Shown here: in pieces, positions 21,737 through 34,000 of the stretch | How the letters are laid out: each line of letters starts with the position of its first letter | Position numbering within the stretch: position 1 is the first letter of the stretch | Origin: an uncultured Veillonellaceae bacterium | GTDB lineage: Bacteria; Bacillota; Negativicutes; JARBTT01 | Reading direction: 5' to 3' | Assembly (NCBI GenBank): GCA_963805085.1 | Contig: CAWDTA010000002.1 | Coordinates: 1,088,001-1,152,000, forward strand | Length of the DNA stretch: 64,000 nucleotides | Position numbers and translations under genes: made by a program | Notes under the pieces: generated by a model | Told to the model about the DNA's origin: nothing | Seen by the model: only the letters and a program-made list of their open reading frames with translations | Databases searched by the model: none

Positions 21737-21845
21737 ATATAATAGTTAAAAAATTCTACAATTAATGACAAAAAACATAAATGTATTCATTAGAAAAATT
21801 AATTTAAAATTCAAGTTTATGGTAGTACTTTAAACGAGAAATAGC

Positions 21846-21896
21846 CCCTCAAATCAGTAGATCCTTTGGCCGGGAGTCTGATTTGAGGGTTACTTT
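21846..21896 (+). terminator. Hairpin in the leader of the first PKS gene (terminator/attenuator candidate)
   Basis: CCCTCAAATCAG ... CTGATTTGAGGG followed by TTACTTT. Confidence 0.45.
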
Positions 21897-22056
21897 AGCA
21901 TATTACTTATATGCCTTATTTATTATAACATAGCGCCAATATTGCTGTAAATAATTTACGCAAATATTCCATATATTTCTATAGTGGGATAGATGGCGAA
22001 TTTTATTGATTAAATTTGAGTTAATAAAGTTGTATTAGTAGGAAGGAGATTTTACG

Positions 22057-25000
22057 GTGAAGATAGACATTGCAACGAATTCGAGGGAGATAGCCATAGT
22101 GGGGATGGCCTGTAGATTTCCAGGTGCTCCTGATTATGAAACTTTTTGGGATAATTTATCAAAAGGAATTAGTTCTATTCGCGAAATTGATCGTTGGAAT
22201 TTTAATGAACACTATTCTCCTAACGGGAAGGATAATAAATCAATAGGCAAGTGGTGTGGACTACTTGATGATATCGATAAGTTTGATAACAATTTTTTTC
22301 ACATTTCCCCTCGTGAGGCCATCCATATGGATCCGCAGCAGAGAATTTTATTGGAAGAAGCTTGGCATTGCATTGAAGACTCAGGGATATCTTTAAAGGA
22401 ATTGCAACAAAAGCGGACTTCTATTTATGTTGGTACTGTGGCGATGGATTTATATCAAGGGTCACCTGATGAAAAGGATCTAGATATGTATTCAGGAACT
22501 GGAATGTATCGATTTATGTTAGCGAATCGACTATCTTATTTTTTAGGGTTAAGTGGTGAGAGTATTGTTCTTGAAGCGGCATGTGCTTCTACATCAGTAG
22601 CAATTTGTAATGCTAAGAAAGCATTACAAACAGGTGATTGTGATTATGCACTTGTTGCAGGTGCTAATTTACATACGTCGCCATTAAGACATCAAATATA
22701 CTTAAAAAATCGTATGTTAAGTAAAGATGGAAAATCTAAAACTTTTGATAAAGATGCTGATGGTTTTATAGCAGGAGAAGGGGTCGGATTTTTATTATTG
22801 CAATCCTTAGATAAAGCTGTCCAACAGCAAAGTCATATTTTTGGAGTGATTAAGGGATGTGCAGTTAATCATGGGGGGAAAGCTGTTTCTTTATCGGCGC
22901 CGCGTGTGGAGGCACAACGGGATGTTATTCTAGCTGCATATGAAGATGCTGAGATTAATGCTGAAACAGTTAATTATATCGAAGCACATGGTACTGGAAC
23001 ATCATTAGGGGATCCTATTGAAGTAGAAGCTTTAACACAGGCTTTTCAAAAGTTTACATCGGAAAAGCAGTTCTGCAAAATAGGTTCAGTAAAAACAAAC
23101 ATTGGTCACTTAGAAGCAACAGCGGGAATGGCTGGTGTTATTAAGGTATTATTGATGATGCGTCATAAAAAAATACCACCTACTTTGAATATAAAAACAG
23201 TAAATCCAATTATTGATTTTAAAAATTCCCCTTTTTCTATAGCAAATGAATTGACTGAATGGAGCAGCCGAGATGGATTACCATTACGAGCAGGCGTGAG
23301 TTCTTTTGGATTAGGTGGTGTTAACAGTCATATCCTACTTGAAGAATATCCAGATAAAAATACAGTTGTTGATGCTGCCATTGTAACGAAGTATCCGTTT
23401 GTACTTTCAGCTAAAAACGAGAAAAGCTTAGAGGGTATGTTAAATAAATGGCGATCCTTTGTAAAAAGTGATGCATTTACTCAATATGGGCTTCGTGATA
23501 TTTGCCTGACTCTATTAACAGGACGGGAGAATTTACCTGTTCGTTATGGTAGCCTGATTTTAAATAAAATTGAATTAGTAGAGTTACTTGATAAAACGAC
23601 ATCTGCATTTTTAAATAAGGTAGATGAATCGTGGGGACTATGCGTTGGAGATTTTGTATGGAACAGCTACGCAGAGTTGGAACCTATAATTGAAGAATTC
23701 CCTATATTTAAGGGGAATTTAGATAAAGTGCTGGAATCTATAGAAGAATATGATAAAGGCAGGAAGATTAAAAAAGGATTTTTAGCTACAACGTGGCCTA
23801 AATCCAAAATAAACCTGTATTCTTTTATTGCAAATTATACTTGTATATCTACTCTGGTCGATTTGGGACTCTCGTTAAGCTTAATTACTGGAGTAAAAAG
23901 CGGGTTATGGGTTAGTTTAGTTGTGAGTGGTGCGACAAGTTTAGGAGAAGTTATAAAGGTTTTATGTGGTGAAAAAGCGGTAGACAAAATTGAGGTTGCT
24001 CGTCCACTGATCTCTTTTTATGATCCAATAAACAAAACAGTAATTAAACCCTACGCTTTTGAAGAAGAATATGTACAGGACTTAATCAGTGAATTAGAAA
24101 TATCTGATAACGTTATTGAGCATTATTGGGAAAAGGCGCACTTATTATCTGAAAATCAATTTACTTTCATTCACTTTTTAGACGAATGGGATAGTAATTT
24201 AAAAGAGGTTGGATTAGATATTAAAGCACTACTTGCCGATAAAAATGTTTTAAGGTTGAAAGACGAAAAAAACTATAAAAAAACCTTATTACTTATGGTT
24301 GTTATATTGAGTTGTTTGTATAGACTTAATCTAAAATGGAAATTATCTGAACACAAATTAATAAAAGATGAACGGTTTTATGAGCTACTTGATCTAGTGC
24401 TGGATGATGTAATACCAAAAGATATATTAATTGCTTTATTGACAAGTGAAAAACCGGATTTGACAATTGTTATCGATACATTGAAAGAACGGCAGAGCAA
24501 AATCAATATATGTAAATCGTATAAATGCTTAAAACAACGCAGCCGAAAAGTAACTGACATAGCAAATATTGGTCAGTGGGCTAAACAGATGCTGATACAG
24601 GAAGATTTAGTATCTTTACCTGCTATGGAGTATATAGATTTTGGTAAAATAGCTAATAGAAATCCAGCGAAGAAAACAATTATTTTTAACAAAAAAGAAG
24701 ATATTCTGGTCGCAATTCATGAGGTGCTAAATAGTTTATGGATCCGGGGCGTAAATGTCCAATGGGATAAAATGTACACTGAAAATTCTTTTCAGAAAAA
24801 ATCTTTACCTGTTTATGTCTTTGATCGAACATCATTTTGGTTACAGGATAATAGAGCGAAACAAGCTACGGATTTTAATGAGGTAGTAGAAAAAAATGCT
24901 ACAGTAGATAATTTTCTTCATCCCCTTGTTCATAAAAATACATCTAGCTTTTTCGAAGAGCGGTTTAGTTCGAAATTTACTGGACAAGAATTTTTCCTGA

Positions 25001-28000
25001 AAGATCACGTAATAAAAGATCAAAAAATCTTACCAGGAGTGGCCTATCTGGAAATGGCTCGGGAAGCCGTAGAACAGGCATTAGGAGGAGTAGAGGAAGA
25101 AAAAACAAAAATCTGTCTTAAAAATATAGTATGGATTCGTCCTATGTCGGTAAACGATCAGCCGCTACAAGTGCATATTGGACTTGTAACAGAGGATAGT
25201 GGTGAAATTACTTACGAAATATACAGCCAAAGTAAAGATAATGATGTTTTGTATAGCCAAGGCATTGCAGTGTTGGAACCGTGCAGTGAAATATCTAGTT
25301 TGAATCTTAAACAATTACAAGAGGATTGTAGCCAGAAAAAATTGCAGTCAGTTCAGTGCTATGAGATGTTTAAAACAATGGGATTTAGTTATGGACCGGG
25401 ATATCAGGGCATTAAAGAAATATACGTGGGCACAAATAAACTATTGGCCAGACTATCTTTGCCAGAGGTTGTTGCTGATACAGAAAAACAATATGTTTTG
25501 CATCCAAGTGTGATGGATGCTGCTTTACAAGCTTCAATTTGCTTGACCGTAGATGATAACACAAACCGGAGAAAAGTGGGGAAAATTAAACCATTATTGC
25601 CTTTCGCATTACAGAATTTAAAAATATTTGATAATTGTACTGCTTGTATGTGGGCATCTGTACGCTATAGTGCGGATAGCAAAGCTGGGGATACGGTTCA
25701 AAAATTTGATATTGATCTATGCGATGACAATGGAAAAGTATGCGTGCAAATGCGAGGATTTTCCACGAGAACACCACAGGGTGAAATAAGAGCGTCTTCT
25801 ACGCAACGAAACGGTGTTTTAATGTTACATCCTCAGTGGCGTGAAGAAGCGGTTCAACAAGAATGTATATTGCCAAGTTATGTTCAGCACTTGGTAATAG
25901 TGTGTGAAGCCGGTAAAATAAGCGCGGAAAGTATCAAAAACCAAATGCAGAATGTTAAGTGTATAACCTTAGAAGCAAAAGAAGAAGATATCGCAGAGCG
26001 TTTCTCAAACTATGCAATACGAGTTTTTGAAGAAATACAAACCATCATCAAAGGAAATCCAAAAGGAGAAGCATTAATACAAATTGTCATTTCACAAGAA
26101 AAGGAAGGGCAGCTTTATTCTGGGTTATCCGGGCTCTTAAAAACTGCACACTTAGAATATCCAAAACTGATAGGGCAAATCATTGAAATTGACAAAAATG
26201 ATGATTCCGAAAAACTTATAGAGCAAATAAAAGTAAATAGATGTTGTCCTCAAGAGACTCAGATCCGCTATCAAGGTGGGAAACGACTGGTTGCCGGATG
26301 GAAGGATGTAGAAGCTTTCCAGGACAAACTGGACATTCCATGGATAAACCAGGGTGTTTATTTAATCACCGGTGGTAGTGGAGGGTTAGGTCTGATTTTT
26401 GCCAAAGAAATAGCAGATACCGTTAAAGGTGCAACTTTAATTTTAACCGGACGGTCAGAACTGGATACAAACAAGAAAGTACAATTAAAAGAAATAGAAC
26501 AAAAAGGGATTCAGATTGCTTATAAACAAGTTGACGTCACACGGAAACAAGATATAGAAAAATTAATCCAAAATGTTCTAGAGCAGTACGGCAAAATTGA
26601 CGGTATTATCCATGCAGCGGGAATGCTTCGGGATAACTATATCATTAAGAAGACGAAAGCTGAGTTTCAGGAAGTGTTAGCCCCTAAAGTTGCCGGATTG
26701 GTGAATTTAGATCAGGCGAGTAAGGACGTTTCACTTGACTTTTTCATCCTCTTTTCTTCTATAGCGGGAAGTCTGGGGAATTTAGGACAGGCAGATTATG
26801 CAACTGCCAATTCATTTATGGATGCATTTTCCAGATATCGTGGCGAACTTGTAGACTTACAGCTTAGAAGAGGCAAAACTTTATCCATTAATTGGCCATT
26901 ATGGAGAGATGGTGGAATGCATGTTGATGTACAAACTGAAAAGATGATGATGGAGAATCAGGGGATGGCGGTTATGCAAACCGCAAATGGGGTCAAAGCG
27001 TTATATCAAGGCATGAAACTGGAAAATACACAGATAATGGTTCTGGAGGGCTTGATTGATAGAATGAGACGTAAGGTGCTGAAACAAGTAGATGGGGCTA
27101 TGATTAACCCAATCAATAAATCAGCAGCGGTGATTGATGATGGCGCATTATTAGAAAAAGTACAAACGGAATTAATTCAAGCAGTTTCTAAACTTCTTGG
27201 GGTTGCAATTGAAGATATTGATACGGAGGTTGAGCTAAGTGAATATGGTTTTGATTCGATTACCTTTACTGAATTTACGAATCAACTAAACCAGGAATAT
27301 AAAATTGCGTTGACACCGACCATATTCTTTGAGCATCCAACGCTTAGTAGTTTTGCAGAGTTTTTGTTGGACGAATACCGAATGGTATTTGGTGCGCAAC
27401 AGTTGATAATGCCAATAGCGAGTCAGGTCAACACTTCATCCTATAAATCAGGAGCGGTGATTGATGATGGCGCATTATTAGAAAAAGTACAAACGGAATT
27501 AATTCAAGCAGTTTCTAAACTTCTTGGGGTTGCAATTGAAGATATTGATACGGAGGTTGAGCTAAGTGAATATGGTTTTGATTCGATTACCTTTACTGAA
27601 TTTACGAATCAACTAAACCAGGAATATAAAATTGCGTTGACACCGACCATATTCTTTGAGCATCCAACGCTTAGTAGTTTTGCAGAATATTTGCTGGACG
27701 AATACCGAATGGTATTTGGTGCGCAACAGTTGATAATGCCAATAGCGAGTCAGGTCAACACTTCATCCTATAAATCAGGAGCGGTGATTGATGATGGCGC
27801 ATTATTAGAAAAAGTACAAACGGAATTAATTCAAGCAGTTTCTAAACTTCTTGGGGTTGCAATTGAAGATATTGATACGGAGGTTGAGCTAAGTGAATAT
27901 GGTTTTGATTCGATTACCTTTACTGAATTTACGAATCAACTAAACCAGGAATATAAAATTGCGTTGACACCGACCATATTCTTTGAGCATCCAACGCTTA

Positions 28001-31000
28001 GTAGTTTTGCAGAATATTTGTTGGACGAATACCGAATGGTATTTGGTGCGCCGCAGTTGGTAATGCCAACAGAGAGTCAATCCAACATTACATCTTACAC
28101 TATACTAGCTGAAAGTGCGCGAAGAATTGAACAGCCACTTAATAATATAAGACGATCTCGCTTCTCAAGGGCAAGCGTGGTCTCGACGGGAAATGCTAGT
28201 ATCAATACAGATGAATCCATTGCAATTGTAGGAATGAGCGGTATATTCCCAATGGCCAAAGATGTGAATGAACTTTGGACAAACCTTGTGGAAGGGAAAG
28301 ATTGCATTACGGAGATTCCTAAGAGTCGTTGGGATTGGCGAGAGTATTATGGCGATCCTAAAAAAGAAGCCAATAAATCAAACGTCAAATGGGGTGGATT
28401 TATTGACGGTATAGATGAGTTTGATCCGTTGTTTTTTGGAATTTCGCCTAGAGAAGCCGAGCTAATGGATCCTCAACAGCGGTTACTAATGATTCATGCT
28501 TGGAAGGTTATTGAAGATGCTGGATATTCGGCGCAAAGCCTTTCAGAAAGTAAAACGGGTATGTTTGTAGGAACCATGAGTACTGGTTACAATCAATTGG
28601 TTGCCGAGGCAAAAGTAGCCGTCGAAGGGTATTCTTCTACGGGTATGGTTCCTTCGGTTGGGCCAAATCGAATGAGCTATTTTCTCAATATTCATGGTCC
28701 TAGCGAACCTGTTGAAACGGCTTGCTCCAGCGCATTAGTTGCAATTCATCGGGCAGTAAGCGCCATAGAAAATGGAAGCTGTGAGATGGCACTGGTTGGC
28801 GGTGTCAATACAATGGTGACACCAGATTTCCAAATCAGCTTCAACAAAGCAGGAATGTTATGCGAAGATGGACGATGCAAAACTTTTTCAAATAAAGCCA
28901 ACGGCTATGTACGAGGCGAAGGTGCTGGGATGATTTTTCTGAAAAAGCTTAAGGATGCAGAACAGGCAGGAGATCATATTTATGGAGTAATCCGCGGCAG
29001 TGCTGAAAATCACGGCGGTCGTGCAAATTCCTTGACGGCGCCTAATCCAAAGGCACAGGCAGAAGTGTTAGAAGCTGCTTACACTAAGGCAGGAATTGAT
29101 CCGAGAACCGTTACTTACATTGAGGCGCATGGAACTGGTACGGAACTGGGTGATCCGATTGAAATTAACGGGTTAAAGATGGCCTTTAAAGACCTTTACC
29201 AAGCCACAGGAGATTCACAGGTGGTAAGTAGTCATTGCGGAGTGGGATCGGTAAAAACCAATATTGGTCATTTGGAAATAGCTGCAGGAATTGCGGGTGT
29301 GATTAAAGTCTTATTACAGCTTAAACATAAAACGCTAGTTAAAAGCCTTCATTGCGATACGATTAATCCATATATTCAGCTTAAAGATAGTCCGTTCTAT
29401 ATAGTTCAGGAGACTAAGGAATGGAAAACCATACAGGATGAGAGAGGCAATGATCTTCCAAGGCGGGCTGGAGTAAGTTCGTTTGGATTTGGTGGTGCTA
29501 ATGCCCACGTAGTAATTGAGGAATATATTCCAAAGAATCAGGAACGACCTCAAGGTTCGATCACCCCTGATAACCCAGCGATTATTGTATTATCGGCGAA
29601 GAATGAAGAACAACTTAAAAAACAAGTGCAGCAGTTGTTGTCGGAAATTGGCAAGCAGAAATTCTCTGATGACAACTTAATGGATATAGCATATACGCTC
29701 CAAGTCGGACGTGAAGCAATGGAAGAACGTTTAGCTATGATTGTAGGATCAATCAAGGAACTTGAGAAAAATCTAAAGGGCTTTATAGAAGGTCAAAATG
29801 GTATTCCTAGGTTCTATCAGGGGCAGGTTAAACGCAATAAAAACACGGTAGCTGTTTTTTCAGCAGATGAAGATTTAAAGAAGGCGATAGATGCTTGGGT
29901 TATTAAAGGAAAATATGCAAAAATTTTAGACCTTTGGGTTAAGGGGCTGATTTTTGATTGGGAAAAATTTTATGGCGATAGTAAACCCCGGCGTATCAGT
30001 CTTCCAACATATCCATTTGCCGAGGAACATTATTGGGTACCTGAGCTTAAGAAGAAATTTGCCGATAACAGCGTAGTTGCAAACTCCGTCATTACTACTA
30101 ACATTCACCCCTTGCTCCAGCAAAACACTTCAGATTTTTCTGAGCAGCGATTCAGTTCCATATTTACTGGACAGGAATTTTTTCTGGCAGGTCATATCGT
30201 AAAGGGACAGCGGGTTTTACCCGGAGTAGCCTATCTTGAAATGGCACGAGCGGCAGTGCGGCAGGCAACAGGAGCTCTGAAAGATGGTAAGACCCAGCAG
30301 ATTCAATTAAAAAATATTGTCTGGTCCAGGCCTATTATTATAGGAAAACATCCGGCCCAAGTAAATATTGGGTTATATCCTGAAGATAATGGAGATATTG
30401 CTTATGAAATATATAGTGAATCTGAAGATAGCAATGCAGACCCTATAGTATATAGTCGGGGCAGTGCAGTGCTCAGTTCGGGTTTTGAAATTCCGGCTTT
30501 AGATCTTAAGGCGTTACAAACACAATGTAGTCAAAGCAGCCTTTCTTCCAGTGAATGCTACGAAATCTATAGTGAAATGGGAATTGACTACGGTCCAGGA
30601 CACCAGGGAATTGAGAAGGTGTACGTGGGCTTGGGCCAAGTGTTGGCGAAACTGTATTTACCTTCTGCTGTCTCCGATACTCAAGATCAATTCGTCCTGC
30701 ATCCTAGTTTGATGGATTCGGCCTTACAGGCATCAATTGGTTTAATGATGGGGTCTAGTGCCCCAAAATTATCCCTGCCTTTTGCGCTTCAGGAACTTAA
30801 AGTCTTTAGTAAATGCACCTGTGCCATGTGGGCTCTGATTCGCTACAGCAACGGAAGTAAAGCTGGGGACAGAGTACAGAAACTTGATATTGACTTGTGT
30901 GATGAAACAGGAAATGTTTGTGTGCAGATAAAGGGATTTTCATCAAGAGTTCTGGAGGGTGAATTGGGTACGATAGGCTCCTCGGAGGCAGTTGGAATGT

Positions 31001-34000
31001 TGAGACTTGCATCTTTGTGGAAAGAACAAGATGCGCAAGGAGAGAACATGGCATCTGACTATGTCGAGCATGTTGTGATACTTTGTGAACCGGAAAAAGG
31101 AATTCAGGAAAGCATTGAAACTGCAATGAGAGGAGTCAGCTGTGTTACCCTGAAATCTGAGCACAGCGGTATAGACCAACGGTTTCAAACCTATGCAGTC
31201 CAAGTGTTTAAAAAAATCCAAAGTATTATCAAAGGAAAACCTACAGGTAAGGTCCTGGCTCAGATTGTAGTTTCTACAGAGAATGAACAACAACTTTTCA
31301 TGGGATTTTCCGGGCTTCTAAAAACGGCGCAGCTTGAGAATAAAAATTTTATTGGACAGCTGATTGGTTTAGATGGATGGAAAGTTGCTAAAGAAATTAT
31401 AGAAAAATTGACTGAAAATAGTCGAAGCAAAGCAACTCAGATCCAATATCAAAAAGGCAAACGACAGGTTATGACTTGGAGTGAAATAGGAGTATCAGAC
31501 AAAGAAGTGAGTATTCCTTGGAAAGAGCAGGGTATCTATCTGATTACCGGCGGTGTCGGCGGTTTAGGGATCATTTTTGCCAGAGATATTGCACATAAAG
31601 TTAAGAATGCCACCATAATTTTGACAGGAAGATCTCCTCTGAGTGAGGAAAAACAAGAAAAACTTAAAGAATTAGAAAGTTTAGGTATCCGGACTGAATA
31701 TAAGCAGGTTGATGTAATCCAAAAGAAGGCGGTTGCCGATTTAATTAAGGATATCCAAAAGAAATTTGGAAGTCTTAATGGCATCATTCATGCTGCAGGA
31801 GTAAATCGAGATAACTTTATTATCAAAAAGACTAAAGATGAACTATTAGAAGTGTTGGCTCCCAAAGTTACCGGACTGGTAAATTTAGATCTGGCAAGCA
31901 AGGATCTAAGCCTTGACTTCTTCGTGCTCTTTTCTTCAATCGCAGGAAGCTTAGGAAATTTAGGCCAGGCTGATTATTCAACTGCCAACGCTTTCATGGA
32001 CGCTTATGCAAGGTATCGTAATGATTTGGTGGTTGCAAATCAACGACAGGGCCGGACACTATCCATCAATTGGCCATTGTGGAAAGATGGTGGGATGCAT
32101 GTAGACGAGGAAACAGAAAAGATGATGCTGCAGACTATGGGTATGATGGCGATGCAGAGCTCAACTGGAATAAGAGTTTTATATGAAGGTTTAGTTTCAG
32201 GGAAAGATCAGATTATGATGGTAGAAGGTAAGCTAGCACGAATGAAGCAAAAACTTCTTTCTAATCAACAATCGAAAACTTCCATTGCATCCGATTCCTC
32301 AATAGAGATTGATACAAGCAATATGTTGGATAAAGTGCAGGAAGCTTTAATGCAAACAGTATCTAATTTAATTAAGGTTAATATCGGTGATATTGATGCC
32401 GATGCCGAATTGAGTGAGTATGGATTTGATTCAATAATGTTTACCGAATTTACCAATAAACTCAATCAAGAGTATATGCTTGAACTGACACCGACCATAT
32501 TTTTCGAATATCCTACGCTCGGTAGTTTTGCCATCTATTTGGTAAAACAACACCAAGATGTGCTTGCACCACGATTTGTAGTACGGACTAGGATAGATAT
32601 ATCTGTACAGAACAGTGAAGTTGCAGCTGCTTCCTCAATGGAGATTGATACAAGCAATATGTTGGATAAAGTGCAGGAAGCTTTAATGCAAACAGTATCT
32701 AATCTAATTAAGGTTAATATCGGGGATCTTGATGTAGATGCTGAATTGAGTGAATATGGATTTGATTCAATAATGTTTACCGAATTTACCAATAAGCTCA
32801 ATCAGGAATACAAGCTTGAATTGACACCGACCATATTTTTTGAATATCCTACGCTCTGTAGTTTTGCTAGATATTTGGTAGAACAACACCAAGATGTGCT
32901 TGCACCACGATTTGCAGTACAAGCCAAGGTAGAAGCGCCGATACAACCCATTGAAGATAAAAAGGAAGAAATTTCATCGAATAAAAGGCAACATTCCCGG
33001 TTTGTAAGAACGATGGCAGTATCCGCAGAAAAATCGACTACAAGCAATTCGGAACCTATTGCTATTGTAGGAATGAGTGGCATATTCCCTATGGCCAAAG
33101 ATGTGAATGAACTTTGGACAAACCTTTTGGAAGGTAAAGATTGCATTACGGAGATTCCTAAGAGTCGTTGGGATTGGCGAGAGTATTACGGTGATCCTAA
33201 AAAAGAAGCCAATAAATCAAACGTCAAATGGGGTGGATTTATTGACGGCATAGACGAGTTTGATCCGTTGTTTTTCGGAATTTCTCCCAGAGAAGCCGAG
33301 CTAATGGATCCTCAACAGCGGTTATTAATGATTCATGCTTGGAAGGTTATTGAAGATGCCGGATATTCGGCGCAAAGTCTTTCAGGAACCCAAACGGGTA
33401 TGTTTGTGGGAACCATGAGTACTGGTTACAATCAATTGATTGCCGAGGCAAATGTAGCCGTCGAAGGATATTCTTCTACGGGGATGGTTCCTTCGGTTGG
33501 ACCAAATCGAATGAGCTATTTTCTTAATATTCATGGCCCTAGCGAACCGGTTGAAACGGCTTGCTCCAGTGCATTAGTTGCAATTCATCGGGCAGTAAGC
33601 GCCATAGAAAATGGAAGCTGCGAGATGGCACTGGTTGGTGGTGTCAATACACTGGTAACACCAGAACTTCAGATCAGTTTCAACAAAGCAGGAATGCTAT
33701 GTGAAGATGGACGATGCAAAACTTTTTCAAATAAAGCGAATGGTTATGTACGAGGCGAAGGTGCTGGGATGATTTTTCTGAAAAAGCTTAAAGATGCAGA
33801 ACAAGCAGGAGATCATATTTATGGAGTGATTCGAGGCAGTGCTGAAAATCACGGAGGTCGTGCAAATTCCTTGACGGCGCCTAATCCAAAGGCGCAGGCA
33901 GAAGTGCTAAAAGCTGCTTATACTAAGGCGGGGATTGATCCGAGAACCGTTACTTACATTGAGGCGCATGGAACTGGTACGGAGCTGGGTGATCCGATTG

